Shown here one piece after another: positions 20,656 through 30,609 of a stretch of 64,000 nucleotides of DNA. The notes under the pieces are model-generated. The model did not search any database and was not told where the DNA came from. It saw only the letters and a list, made by a program, of their open reading frames with translations. A program made the position numbers and the translations under genes. How positions within the stretch are numbered: the first letter of the stretch is position 1; the number at the start of each line of letters is the position of its first letter. This DNA is from Cyanobacteria bacterium P01_A01_bin.123 (GTDB taxonomy: Bacteria; Cyanobacteriota; Cyanobacteriia; Phormidesmidales; Phormidesmidaceae), in assembly GCA_039815185.1 (NCBI GenBank), contig JBCBZT010000023.1, positions 55,672 through 119,671 of the forward strand, read 5' to 3'.

Positions 20656-21372
20656 ATGGCAGCGCTGATTGATCTAAAACATATCTGTAAAGTTTACGGC
20701 TCTGGCAATACTGAAGTGCGAGCGCTGTGGGATGTCAGCGTGAGTGTAGAACCGGGGGAATACTGCGCGATTATGGGGCCGTCGGGGTCGGGTAAATCGA
20801 CAGCGATGAATGTGATTGGCTGCCTCGATAAACCTACCTCAGGAGACTATTACTTAGACGGTGAAAATGTGGCAATGTTGGAAGAATCAACCCTCGCCCA
20901 CGTGCGCAATCGCAAAATTGGCTTTGTGTTTCAACAGTTCCATTTATTGCCCCAGCTGACAGCGCTTGAAAATGTGAGTTTGCCGATGGTCTATGCTGGC
21001 GTGTCCGCTACGGAACGCCAAGTACGGGCAACAGAGGCTTTAGAACGGGTCGGTTTGGCAGATCGTCTGAAAAATCGCCCCAATCAGCTTTCTGGCGGAC
21101 AACAGCAGCGGGTCGCAATCGCCCGTGCCATCGTCAACCGTCCCCTACTCTTGCTAGCCGATGAACCGACGGGTGCCCTCGACAGCCAAACCACTCAAGA
21201 TGTGATGGCTATTTTTGCCGAGCTCAATCAGGCTGGCATTACGGTCGTGATGGTGACCCATGAAGCGGAGGTGGCTCGCTTAAGCCGCCGAGTTATCTGG
21301 TTTAGGGATGGTGAGGTGGTGCATAGCAACCTCGCCCCTGATGAGTTAGGGCATGTGACTTCCATGGTTTGA
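20656..21372 (+). CDS. ABC transporter ATP-binding protein (LolD/MacB-type)
   Basis: [34 protein letters not shown]. Confidence 0.95.
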   Translation: MAALIDLKHICKVYGSGNTEVRALWDVSVSVEPGEYCAIMGPSGSGKSTAMNVIGCLDKPTSGDYYLDGENVAMLEESTLAHVRNRKIGFVFQQFHLLPQLTALENVSLPMVYAGVSATERQVRATEALERVGLADRLKNRPNQLSGGQQQRVAIARAIVNRPLLLLADEPTGALDSQTTQDVMAIFAELNQAGITVVMVTHEAEVARLSRRVIWFRDGEVVHSNLAPDELGHVTSMV

Positions 21373-21454
21373 TCGCCCATGCCCCTACCCAAAATTTTCT
21401 GCCAAATGCCATTCCGATTTTGAGTTTTTGCAGTATCCTCGACACCAGTAGCGG

Positions 21455-22390
21455 ATGCGAGGTAAAGCGTCTATGGAATATTCAAAGGTTCTAATTGCGC
21501 TGTCTTTGTCTCTTAGTGGGGCAGTGATAGGGGACTCTATTGCGATCGCGTTTCCCATCCAATCCCAACCGTTAACTGTAGCCCAAGCGCCTCCGGCAGA
21601 CCTAACGCCAGCCGAGACAGAACTCCAGCGCGGTACCGATCTGATTCAGCAAAATGATGTTGAGGGGGCGCTCGCAGCATTTCAGAAAGCGATTGAGCTT
21701 GATCCGAGTTTGGCCCCGGCCCACTACAACTTGGGCTTGACCTACCGCCGCCAAGATCAACTGCAAGAAGCCGCCAGTGCCTTTTGGCAAGCAACCCAAG
21801 CCGATTCAACCTTTGCGATGGCCTATGTGAATTTGGGGGCTGTTTTACTCGAAGGCAATAACCTTGACCAGGCGGATGAATATTTGAACCAGGCGATTGC
21901 CCTAGAGCCAGAATTGGGGATTGCCCATTACAATTTGGGTTTAGTGCATCAACGTCAGGGCAATATGGACGCTGCAATCGTGTCCTTTGATCTAGCTCGG
22001 GCGCTGAGCCCTGATTTGCCAACACCTTACTATCAGTTGGGGGCAATTTATTTGGTGCAAAACCGTTTGACTGAAGCAGAGCAGGCTTTTCGCGGCGCGA
22101 TCGCCCGCGATAGCAATTATGCCGATGCCCACTATAATCTGGGTTTGATTCTCTATGAGCAGGGCAACTTCTCTGATGCATTGGCATCTTTTCAGCAAAC
22201 CGTCAATGCCAACGCTAACTATGCCGACGCCTATTACAGTGCTGGGCTCACACTGATTCAAATGACAGAATACCAGCGCGCGATCGAAGCCCTAGAGTAT
22301 GCTCGTGGACTTTACATTACCCAGGGGCGTAATGAGTGGGCTTCTAATGCCCAGGCCCATTTGAATCAGATTCAGCAACCGACTGAATAA
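21455..22390 (+). CDS. Exported tetratricopeptide repeat protein
   Basis: Signal-like N-terminus; repeated AHYNLG/AYVNLG TPR units. Confidence 0.88.
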   Translation: MRGKASMEYSKVLIALSLSLSGAVIGDSIAIAFPIQSQPLTVAQAPPADLTPAETELQRGTDLIQQNDVEGALAAFQKAIELDPSLAPAHYNLGLTYRRQDQLQEAASAFWQATQADSTFAMAYVNLGAVLLEGNNLDQADEYLNQAIALEPELGIAHYNLGLVHQRQGNMDAAIVSFDLARALSPDLPTPYYQLGAIYLVQNRLTEAEQAFRGAIARDSNYADAHYNLGLILYEQGNFSDALASFQQTVNANANYADAYYSAGLTLIQMTEYQRAIEALEYARGLYITQGRNEWASNAQAHLNQIQQPTE

Positions 22391-22405
22391 GCAATATCCT
22401 GCTTT

Positions 22406-24040
22406 TTAAGATACGACCATAGGTTTGCGATCGCGTAGCAAATACGTTTCCATCATGCCTTTGCCTTTGATCGGGATCTCGCCGCGGGGATTGAATTCAA
22501 AATTTCCTTGTAGGGCTGCATAGGTCGCCTGCGTGACCTGGATTTCACCCGCGATGCCGGATGATTCCATGCGGCTGGCAATATTGACCGTATCGCCCCA
22601 TAAATCGTAGATAAACTTTTTCGTGCCGATTACTCCTGCGACTACAGGCCCTGTGTTGATGCCAATGCGCATCGTAACGGGGCGCTCCTGTTGTTGGCTA
22701 AAGGCTTTGATGGCAGTTTGCATATCTAAGGCCATCTCCGCGATCGCAGCGGCATGATCATCCCGGTGTTCTGGCAACCCCCCAACAACCATGTAAGCGT
22801 CCCCAATGGTTTTGATTTTTTCGAGACCATGTTTCTCCGCAAGCGCATCAAAGGTGGAAAAAATCTCGTTGAGCATAATCACTGTGGCTTGGGGTGACAA
22901 CTCCGTAGCTAGGCGGGTAAAGTCAACAATGTCAGCAAACAAGACGGTCACTTCAGCAAAGTGATCGGCGATCGTGCCTTGCTGTTGTTTCAACCGAGTT
23001 GCAATCGGTTGAGGCAAAATGTTGAGCAATAGTTGTTCAGACTTTTCTTTTTCTGCCTCGAGCGCTAGGCTCGCCCGTTTGCGCTCGGCGACGCTGGCGG
23101 CCAACGCGAGAGCTGTAATGACCAGCACGCAGATATAAGCTTCCAACGCCAAAATCGCTTGTTCTGGCTCTGTAGAAAAATGATGAAAGAATGGGCCTTG
23201 GTTTTGGATAAACCCCCAACAGGCAAAGCCCGTCGTCAACAGAATTGCGGCTGCGGCCCCAGGAGACCCTAACTGTAAGGCTCCCCAAACAATGAAGGGA
23301 AATGGCAAATATTCCAGCGGAAAGGGCGTAATGGCCATCCCATTGGGGGGCGCAAAGACTAACCAGCTCAGTACCCCCAAGCTGACCAACCAGACTAGCC
23401 CGCTGATTCGTTGGGAGGTCGTTTGAAACTGTTTTGGCCACTCTGGCAGCAGCAGCACGGCGGGAAATAGGATCAATACGCCACTGACGTTACCAATCCA
23501 CCAGTTAAACCAAATAGTGCCGAGGATGCCGACATCTGTTGTCATTGATGAACAACACTGAATCACCCCAATGGAGGCACTCACCGTGGATGGTACCAGT
23601 GCGCCCAAAACAATCATCAGTCTGACGTCGCGCAGATGGTCTAAGCGTGGCGAAAACCCTGCTCTCATGAGCAACCATGCTCCCAGTAATGCCTGCAAGG
23701 TATTATTGAGGGCTGTAATTATTCCACCCATCCATAGGGTTTGGCCCTCCGTCAGGGCTGTATTGAGCAGAGATCCCAAAGCTACCGCTGGCCAAAATTT
23801 GAGTCCAAGCAATAGCAAAATGAGTTGACTGTAGGCGGCGGGAGGCCAAATGGGATAACCGGGGAAATCGACAGGGACAGGAAATTGAAATACCAGCCAT
23901 ACCAGTAGGCGATAACCCACGGCAAGTAACGCGATCGCCCCGATATATTTCCATCCCTGTAATCGGCGTGCCCATTTTGAATACACTGGGCGACGACGAG
24001 GGCGCAAGGTATCCCACCAGTTATTGCTTCGGAACGGCAT
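22406..24040 (-). CDS. MASE1-domain adenylate/guanylate cyclase
   Basis: PIWPP, WWIGNVSG MASE1 membrane region; LLLNILP, VLFADIVDFT, KIKTIGDAYM, YDLWGDTVNIASRMES. Confidence 0.92.
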   Translation of the reverse strand: MPFRSNNWWDTLRPRRRPVYSKWARRLQGWKYIGAIALLAVGYRLLVWLVFQFPVPVDFPGYPIWPPAAYSQLILLLLGLKFWPAVALGSLLNTALTEGQTLWMGGIITALNNTLQALLGAWLLMRAGFSPRLDHLRDVRLMIVLGALVPSTVSASIGVIQCCSSMTTDVGILGTIWFNWWIGNVSGVLILFPAVLLLPEWPKQFQTTSQRISGLVWLVSLGVLSWLVFAPPNGMAITPFPLEYLPFPFIVWGALQLGSPGAAAAILLTTGFACWGFIQNQGPFFHHFSTEPEQAILALEAYICVLVITALALAASVAERKRASLALEAEKEKSEQLLLNILPQPIATRLKQQQGTIADHFAEVTVLFADIVDFTRLATELSPQATVIMLNEIFSTFDALAEKHGLEKIKTIGDAYMVVGGLPEHRDDHAAAIAEMALDMQTAIKAFSQQQERPVTMRIGINTGPVVAGVIGTKKFIYDLWGDTVNIASRMESSGIAGEIQVTQATYAALQGNFEFNPRGEIPIKGKGMMETYLLRDRKPMVVS

Positions 24041-24332
24041 AGGCTACCCAACTTAGACAGCACCAGTCTAATCACTAGAAGTCTCCACGACCAAGACACC
24101 CTAGTGCTGATCGAGCACATTACTAATGAAGCTCAAATCTTCAAAAAGTTTGGATGAAACGAGCCACAGGACAAAATCTTCAAGCGTGATGAGAAATAAT
24201 CCCTAAAATTTACACTTATCTGTCACATTGATCGATAAGACTTTACTTTAAGGGGGTATCTGGCAAACTTGACCGATCAGTCTTGCCATAGACAAGGGTA
24301 CCTGGTGGTCTGGGTTGAAGTGCTAGAAATGC

Positions 24333-25169
24333 CTACCGTAGTCCACCCGTTAAAAACTGCTTGGTCCAATTCCAGGGAGACAAGGGAGCTGGCGTGCCGC
24401 CGCGTTGAATACCGCAGGTTTCTGCTAATAAAGTTTCAAAGATAGGGAAATTGGGAATTTCGTAATCTGCAACCTGAGCCCAGCGCTTGGGTTTAGGACC
24501 TGTTGCCCAAATCGTAACTGTGCCTTCTGCGTATCTAACCGCTTCAACCGCTGACCACGGCAGGGAGGCAGATTGCCCGGTTTGAGCCATGGGAGACTTT
24601 TTTAGAAATCCTTCTCGCGTGATGCCGAGGGTCTTGAACCAGATGGGGTTGCCAGCTTGATAGTCTGAACGGATTTGAGGCATTTTGCACTCTAAAACCC
24701 GAGCTTGTATCCATTGCCCCACAGTCGGCAGCCTCAGCATCAACCGTTTACCCCGACGATCTTGAATCGTGTAGAGATATTCGGTGGTTTGATGGCGCAA
24801 ATTTTGATCAAGAATTTTGACGATCCGCTGCCAAACGGTTTCAATCTGGTCATATCGGGTGATGTAGCGCCCCCAAGCGGAAACGTGAATGAGTCCTTCT
24901 TCATAGATGTAGAGACTATTACGAGCGATCGCAAGATAGAGTAGCCCTGCCGATGCGATCGCAATCAACGCGCCAAAGATTGGATAACCTGCGACGAAAA
25001 CATATAGTGATACGACAGCGCCAAGCGTAACCAGGATCGCCAGCAGCAACACCATTTCTGAACTGGACTGATGGGAGTCTACAAGATTGCCCAAGTTATG
25101 TGTTGTGGCAAGCTGGTTGATGGATTTGGGAGTACGGTGAGCCATCTGATTATGAATAGGGGCGTTCAA
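24333..25169 (-). CDS. Hypothetical membrane protein
   Basis: Two TM helices then LYIYEEGL...LPWSAV...EIPNFPIF. Confidence 0.65.
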   Translation of the reverse strand: MNAPIHNQMAHRTPKSINQLATTHNLGNLVDSHQSSSEMVLLLAILVTLGAVVSLYVFVAGYPIFGALIAIASAGLLYLAIARNSLYIYEEGLIHVSAWGRYITRYDQIETVWQRIVKILDQNLRHQTTEYLYTIQDRRGKRLMLRLPTVGQWIQARVLECKMPQIRSDYQAGNPIWFKTLGITREGFLKKSPMAQTGQSASLPWSAVEAVRYAEGTVTIWATGPKPKRWAQVADYEIPNFPIFETLLAETCGIQRGGTPAPLSPWNWTKQFLTGGLR

Positions 25170-25302
25170 TACTATCTCGATGTATTTCTCGGTACAGATT
25201 AGATATTCAAAATTTCTGATCCAAGACTGCTGTTCCCTAACATCCTCAAGAACAAGGCTGCCAGCCAGATTGCTTGCAGTCTGAGCATCCCAGCGACACT
25301 CG

Positions 25303-25326
25303 GTGCTGCCAGCTTGCTGGCAGCAC
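25303..25326 (-). terminator. Hairpin GTGCTGCCAGC-TT-GCTGGCAGCAC
   Basis: 11-bp perfect inverted repeat directly after the stop of the remnant at 25326. Confidence 0.5.
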
Positions 25327-25445
25327 TATAAATCAGCTATCCAACCCTCGATATTCCCCTCTTGGTTAATCCCAGTGCCGACAATTGTTAAACCATCTGC
25401 AGAAATTCCAGTCACCGTGCCCAAATTAGTCAATGTCTGCAGCGG
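25326..25445 (-). pseudogene. 3' remnant of an extracellular HAF-repeat-like protein
   Basis: Minus-strand translation LTNLGTVTGISADGLTIVGTGINQEGNIEGWIADL*; no upstream body. Confidence 0.7.
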
Positions 25446-25462
25446 ACTCAAATCTGAGTTGA

Positions 25463-26224
25463 CTAAATGACACCTTCCATCACTTGTTCCCCTGCAGTTG
25501 CCGGATCGGGCGGCATCGCTTTGACATCAATGGTGACTGAAAGTTGGGTCGCTTTGACACCCTGAGGTGGTGTTTCTAGCGGGGTGAATCTAACGAACAC
25601 AGAGCCATCGTTATCCGTATTAAATTCACCGCAATAGATGATCTCGCCGTTCTCAAGCACTAACCACATCCGATAAATCTGATCGGGAGGTAAAGGCGGC
25701 AGATTGCCTAGGGAAACAATGACTTCCTGCCAACGACCGGGGGTGAACAGCAGTGTCCCCGCTGCATCGGTGCTGCTACCCGTGAGGGCAATCAGACGGC
25801 TATTAGGCTGTTGTAAGATTCCTGCAACATAGTCTTCATTCGCTTGCTGCGCTATACGGAGTTGGTTCCGTAGTCGGAGATTGTCTAAGGCAAGGAGTAG
25901 GGCCGCGATCGCGATTAACCCTGCCAATAGCTTGAAAATAGAACCTGTCAATCGGGGTTGAGCAGCCCGATTTGTGATTGGCTGAATAGGAGTGGCGGTA
26001 ATTTTTTCCCGCAGGGCCATTGGGGGCTCTACTGTTGACAATGCCTGAGGTATGAGGTCAAAGCTGGCTTGCAGGGCCTGAACTTCTTCGAGAAACTGAA
26101 CATTGGTAGCAGCAAGTTGCGCGAGTTGCTCCGCCTCTTCAGGGGTTAAATCCCCGATGACGTAACCTGCGGCTAGTAGCTTTTCTGCCTCTGAAAGCGG
26201 TTGTGGCATATTGGTATCTTTCAT
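25463..26224 (-). CDS. Anti-sigma factor (RskA-like)
   Basis: LAAGYVIGDL, single TM, LPPLPPDQIYRMW; ATGA overlap with the sigma gene. Confidence 0.88.
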   Translation of the reverse strand: MKDTNMPQPLSEAEKLLAAGYVIGDLTPEEAEQLAQLAATNVQFLEEVQALQASFDLIPQALSTVEPPMALREKITATPIQPITNRAAQPRLTGSIFKLLAGLIAIAALLLALDNLRLRNQLRIAQQANEDYVAGILQQPNSRLIALTGSSTDAAGTLLFTPGRWQEVIVSLGNLPPLPPDQIYRMWLVLENGEIIYCGEFNTDNDGSVFVRFTPLETPPQGVKATQLSVTIDVKAMPPDPATAGEQVMEGVI

Positions 26225-26784
26225 TCGACCGCACCTCCCAGGTGTTGCCTTAGCTCCATCAAGCCTCTACGGGCCCTGGTTTTTACGGTGCCGAGCGGTA
26301 TGTTTAACTGACGGGCAATTTCTGAGTGGCTAATCCCCTGATAAAAATTCATTTCTAAAATCTGGCGTTGTTGGGATGAGAGTTGAGCTAACGCCTGTTG
26401 AACAGTAGCTTTTTGATCTGCTAAAGAGGCTTTTTCGAGTGGCGTAACATTTGTGCGATCGGGCAAGGAACGCTGCAATCGCTGTAGAGACCGTTGGCGA
26501 CTGCTGTGGCTTGCCAGTCGGTTAAGCGCCCGCGATCGCGTCATGATGCAAAGGTAGGTACTCAAGGCCGCGCGGCTAGGGTCAAATTTATCTTGCTCCC
26601 AGAAACGACAAAATATTTCCTGAGTTAGGTCTTCTGCTTCTGCTGGCCGTTTCAGGAGTTTTAGGGCAACGGTATAGACCAAACTGCCATAGCGGTCATA
26701 AATGATAGTGAGGGCTTCCTGGCGTCCTGATCTCAAGCTTTGAATCAGCTCGATATCAGATGCATCAGTAGAGACACGGGCCAT
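26221..26784 (-). CDS. ECF sigma-70 factor (SigK-like)
   Basis: AEDLTQEIF region 2; SHSEIA...PLGTVKTR region 4. Confidence 0.92.
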   Translation of the reverse strand: MARVSTDASDIELIQSLRSGRQEALTIIYDRYGSLVYTVALKLLKRPAEAEDLTQEIFCRFWEQDKFDPSRAALSTYLCIMTRSRALNRLASHSSRQRSLQRLQRSLPDRTNVTPLEKASLADQKATVQQALAQLSSQQRQILEMNFYQGISHSEIARQLNIPLGTVKTRARRGLMELRQHLGGAVE

Positions 26785-27038
26785 ACATCATTGAGGATTG
26801 GGTGGACTGACATCCGGTTAAGGATAATCGGTAGTACAGTTCAAGGGGACAAACCTGACCTGTACTATTGAAATTCACGAGTGCCTCTACTATTTCAGTA
26901 CAGGCTATTCTTGCAAGTGGATTTAAAGACAATATCAATCCTGACTATTTAACGCTTCAGCGGTCAAATCAATCACACTAGATTTAAAAACCTGAGTAGA
27001 AGCACAGAGCTCCGCTTCTATAAAGGAAAAACAGGGTG

Positions 27039-27052
27039 TTGATCTCGGTCAA
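27039..27052. promoter_or_regulatory. FNR-type box TTGAT-CTCG-GTCAA
   Basis: 9/10 match to TTGAT-N4-ATCAA; same half-sites as the box at 42113. Confidence 0.4.
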
Positions 27053-27092
27053 GATTTAACTTTACATCGGCACGGGCGATCGAAAAAACTGC

Positions 27093-27123
27093 TTGACTTA
27101 GAGTGCGCTCTAACTTCTAGGGT
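27093..27123 (+). promoter_or_regulatory. MerR-type promoter/operator
   Basis: TTGACT (27093), 19-bp spacer, TAGGGT (27118); dyad TTAGAG-TGCG-CTCTAA (27098-27113) in the spacer. Confidence 0.85.
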
Positions 27124-27129
27124 ATGGAT

Positions 27130-27558
27130 ATGGCTCAGGAACTCACTATCCAACAAGTGGCTGCAGCCACCGGGCTCAGCGTCCACACCTTGCGCTATTA
27201 CGAGCGGTGCGACCTGATTGCGCCAATCCACCGCGCTAGGAATGGTCACAGGCGCTATTCTGCGCAAGATATTAACTGGATTAAGTTTCTAACCAAGCTG
27301 CGAATGACGGGGATGCCCATTCGTCAGATGCAACAGTATGCCACGTTGCTTCGGGAACGACCGGATGCTGTGCAAGCAAGACGGGCACTTTTGGAAACTC
27401 ACCGACAAACCGTTGTCGAACATTTGCAGCAGCTCCAGGAAAACCTCGCTGTGATTGAATGGAAAATTCAACACTATAAAGATCTCGAAGAGAACCTCTC
27501 ACAGACATTTCGTTACCCTGCGCTTGCGCCTAGGGAAATGCAGAAAAACGATTCATAG
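27130..27558 (+). CDS. MerR-family regulator (AdhR/NmlR-like)
   Basis: TIQQVA..TGLSVHTLRYYER, NGHRRY, LRMTGMPI; start 27124 or 27130. Confidence 0.93.
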   Translation: MAQELTIQQVAAATGLSVHTLRYYERCDLIAPIHRARNGHRRYSAQDINWIKFLTKLRMTGMPIRQMQQYATLLRERPDAVQARRALLETHRQTVVEHLQQLQENLAVIEWKIQHYKDLEENLSQTFRYPALAPREMQKNDS

Positions 27559-27767
27559 GCTTAGCGTGTGAATCAATAGCGTTGGGGTCTGATGCTGCTA
27601 ACACGCCCTGACGCGAGATGATTTTGGCTGGGATCTCCCGTTTAAAGGTGGGTCTCAGGGTTGATGGCGTCTCACGCTGGTGATCTCGATGATTTATGGC
27701 GCTGGCCGGATTGCTTAATGCACCTAGTATCGCTGGGATGCCCAATACACAAGCAATCTGGCTTGCC

Positions 27768-27792
27768 GTAGTGCACAAAGCTTTGTGGCTAC
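27768..27792. repeat. GTAG...CTAC REP-like imperfect palindrome
   Basis: GTAGTGCACAAAGCTTTGTGGCTAC. Confidence 0.4.
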
Positions 27793-27831
27793 GACTATAT
27801 CTCCCTTAAACCCATTACCTAAGAGGCTGAG

Positions 27832-28266
27832 ATGGAAATAACTGCTAATCAACAGATGATTGAGTCCGAACGCTACCAGCAGGGGTGGCAAAAGCTGAAA
27901 GAGATTGATGGTAAAGCAGGCGAAAAGGTAATTGACAGTCTGCAGAACATCGCGCCTGATTTAGCCCGCTACGTGATTGAATTTCCCTTTGGCGATATCT
28001 ACTCGCGTCCGGGGCTGGATTTGAAATCGAGAGAAATTGCGACCGTTGCTGCCCTGACAGCTTTGGGTAACGCTCAACCACAGCTTAAGGTGCATATTCA
28101 CGCGGCTCTGAATGTGGGCTGTACGCCTGAGGAGATTGTGGAATTGGTGATGCAAATGTCTGTCTATGCCGGGTTTCCGGCTGCGCTGAATGGCATGACG
28201 ATTGTCAAACAAGTTTTTGCTGAACGAGAAATAATCCCATACGTTTCTGGAGAGTCATTAAGATGA
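27832..28266 (+). CDS. Carboxymuconolactone decarboxylase family protein
   Basis: [31 protein letters not shown]. Confidence 0.92.
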   Translation: MEITANQQMIESERYQQGWQKLKEIDGKAGEKVIDSLQNIAPDLARYVIEFPFGDIYSRPGLDLKSREIATVAALTALGNAQPQLKVHIHAALNVGCTPEEIVELVMQMSVYAGFPAALNGMTIVKQVFAEREIIPYVSGESLR

Positions 28267-29240
28267 AAACGCGCAAACTAGGTTCAGAATTGGAAGTCTC
28301 TGCCATTGGCCTGGGCTGCATGGGCATGTCCGAGTTTTATAGCGGTCGCGATGAAACTGAAGCGATCGCGACCCTACATCATGCTCTCGATCCGGGTGTC
28401 ACCTTCCTCGATACTGCCGATATGTATGGTCCCTATACTAATGAACAGCTCGTGGGGAAAGCCCTGAAAGACCGTCGCGATCAGGCAGTAATCGCCACTA
28501 AATTTGGCATCATTCGCACCGCTGAGGGTGGTTTTGGCGGCGTCAACGGCCAACCAGAATACGTTCATCAGGCCTGCGATGCCTCTCTGCAGCGGTTGGG
28601 TGTCGATGTGATTGACCTCTATTATCTGCATCGGGTTGATCCAAAGGTTCCCATCGAAGAGACTGTTGGGGCGATGGCGGAGTTAGTGCAGCAGGGCAAG
28701 GTACGCTACCTCGGTCTGTCTGAAACCGCACCTGCAACGCTGCGCCGAGGCCACGCTGTTCATCCCATTGCTGCACTCCAGACAGAGTATTCGCTTTGGA
28801 GTCGTGATCCAGAAGATGATATTCTCCCTACCGTGCGCGAGCTGGGGATTGGGTTTGTCCCTTACAGCCCGTTGGGTCGGGGCTTTCTCTCGGGTGCGAT
28901 TAAAAGTTTGGATGATTTAGCGGAGGATGATTACCGCAGACATTCCCCACGTTTTCAGGGAGAGAACTTCGCGAAGAATCTGGCAGTGGTTGAACAAGTC
29001 AACGCGATCGCGGCAGAAAAAGGCATCACGGCGAGTCAACTGGCGATCGCTTGGCTGCTGGCTAAAGGCGAAGATATTGTCCCAATTCCCGGCACGAAAC
29101 GCCGCCAATATCTAGAAGAGAACGTCGCAGCCGTTGATATTGAACTGACACCAGCTGATCTGGAGCGGATTGAAGCGGTTGCGCCACAGGGGATTGCTGC
29201 GGGCGATCGCTACCCCGACATGAGCAGTGTTAACCGTTGA
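28263..29240 (+). CDS. Aldo/keto reductase
   Basis: [37 protein letters not shown] overlap with the CMD gene. Confidence 0.95.
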   Translation: MKTRKLGSELEVSAIGLGCMGMSEFYSGRDETEAIATLHHALDPGVTFLDTADMYGPYTNEQLVGKALKDRRDQAVIATKFGIIRTAEGGFGGVNGQPEYVHQACDASLQRLGVDVIDLYYLHRVDPKVPIEETVGAMAELVQQGKVRYLGLSETAPATLRRGHAVHPIAALQTEYSLWSRDPEDDILPTVRELGIGFVPYSPLGRGFLSGAIKSLDDLAEDDYRRHSPRFQGENFAKNLAVVEQVNAIAAEKGITASQLAIAWLLAKGEDIVPIPGTKRRQYLEENVAAVDIELTPADLERIEAVAPQGIAAGDRYPDMSSVNR

Positions 29241-29264
29241 TGCTTAACTGCCGGATTAGAAGAC

Positions 29265-29744
29265 ATGACAATGATGAATTTAAATCGACGGCGGATGTTC
29301 ACCCTTGGGACAATTGCTGCCGCTGGCTTAACAGTAGCCCGTAAAGCACTTGGAGTAGAGAGAGAGATGCCCATTGAACGCAAGAATTATCCCCACCTGG
29401 ATGCCCCTGTTGGCCCCTATGTCCATGCGGTGAGCTACAACGGCCTACTCTTTTTGTCAGGCATGACGGCATTCAACACCCCCGCACAAAATCAAGATCT
29501 GGCAGCCCAAGCTGAAGCGGTTTTTGCTCAGATCAGCAGCATCCTCGAAGCAGAGGGAACTGGGCTTGAATCTCTAATCAAGGTGACGATCTTCGTCACT
29601 GAGTTTGAGGCGCTCGATCGGTTCAGATCTGTCTTGTTTGATGCCTATCAAATTCACCTGCCTGCAAGTGCTTTGATTCAGGTTCGAGGGCTCTTTTCGC
29701 CAGATTTGAAAATAGAGGTCGAAGCGATCGCAGCTTTAACCTAA
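29265..29744 (+). CDS. RidA/YjgF family protein with Tat-like N-terminal extension
   Basis: PVGPYVHAV, LFLSG, KVTIF, PASALI, KIEVEAIA; N-terminal RRMF followed by a hydrophobic stretch. Confidence 0.85.
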   Translation: MTMMNLNRRRMFTLGTIAAAGLTVARKALGVEREMPIERKNYPHLDAPVGPYVHAVSYNGLLFLSGMTAFNTPAQNQDLAAQAEAVFAQISSILEAEGTGLESLIKVTIFVTEFEALDRFRSVLFDAYQIHLPASALIQVRGLFSPDLKIEVEAIAALT

Positions 29745-29816
29745 AAACTGGGTGTATTAAACTCCTCACTCAAAAACAGGTGGCCATATTGTGTCAGATG
29801 ATCGCAGGAGAAGGTA

Positions 29817-30530
29817 TCAGCTAGCAGCTATTGGATGGTGAATATATTGCGTAACAGCTTTTAGAAAGGCTGTGACAATTGGATGGGGCACTTCAGGCGT
29901 TGAGTGTGCCTGGGGGACAAATAGCGTACCGATGAAAAAAGGATGACTCGGTAATTCAATTACCCGCACATCTCCTTCAAGATCTGCCCCTGTAATTTGG
30001 AGCGATTGTTGCTTGAGCAAAGGGACATAGTCTGGATTAACGCCAAAGTTACAGTAATACTGCTCAATGGCAGTCAAAGAATCATAAATCTCTGCAATTC
30101 TAGATCCTTCCGTAAAAGTTAACTGCATTTCTCGCCCCGCCAATGAGCAAGCCAGTTGGGTAATAAACAGTTGCGATGCATAGGGATTGTTGTCTTCACT
30201 TTCAGCCTCTTGAAAACCCAACATATGCCGCGCATATTCCAAAATCATGTGCTGAAAACCACCGCAGGTACCGAAACAAGGCACGTTATTTTCACGGGCA
30301 TATTGAATGGCCCAGAGCATCTTTTCCATGTTCTTATAGGGGCTACCAGGGGCGACCCAGATACCGGAGTACTGCTCGAATAACGAGGGGGTAATCGCTT
30401 CAGTTGAAACCCAATGACCTGTGACTTCAATGGCAAGGGATGAACTGGAATGCGCGATCGCAGCTGTAGTGGCAATGTGGGGTTCAAAGGTGGACTGATA
30501 TTCGCCCAAGATGGCAATCGCAGGTTTCAT
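29817..30530 (-). CDS. Stand-alone CTP-synthase glutaminase-like domain protein
   Basis: GIWVAPGSPY, FGTCGGFQH, YYCNFG, HPFFIGTLF; no synthetase domain. Confidence 0.85.
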   Translation of the reverse strand: MKPAIAILGEYQSTFEPHIATTAAIAHSSSSLAIEVTGHWVSTEAITPSLFEQYSGIWVAPGSPYKNMEKMLWAIQYARENNVPCFGTCGGFQHMILEYARHMLGFQEAESEDNNPYASQLFITQLACSLAGREMQLTFTEGSRIAEIYDSLTAIEQYYCNFGVNPDYVPLLKQQSLQITGADLEGDVRVIELPSHPFFIGTLFVPQAHSTPEVPHPIVTAFLKAVTQYIHHPIAAS

Positions 30531-30609
30531 AGGCTGAACGATTCTGCACAACAACTCGAGCTTAATTGCTGTAGTATGATGAGTCAAATTAATCTAAGAC
30601 ATAATTTAT

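Noticed and set aside
21537..22187. 216-aa antisense ORF and the many other 60-160-aa overlapping ORFs in the track
   Set aside because: Shadows of well-supported genes on the other strand or frame; no recognisable motifs
26897..26924. AAATCC-N16-TGTA as an ECF autoregulatory promoter
   Set aside because: Single weak match; consensus for this sigma factor unknown to me
27530..27778. 82-aa minus-strand ORF in the MerR-CMD gap
   Set aside because: No clear RBS or motif, and antisense to the apparent operon
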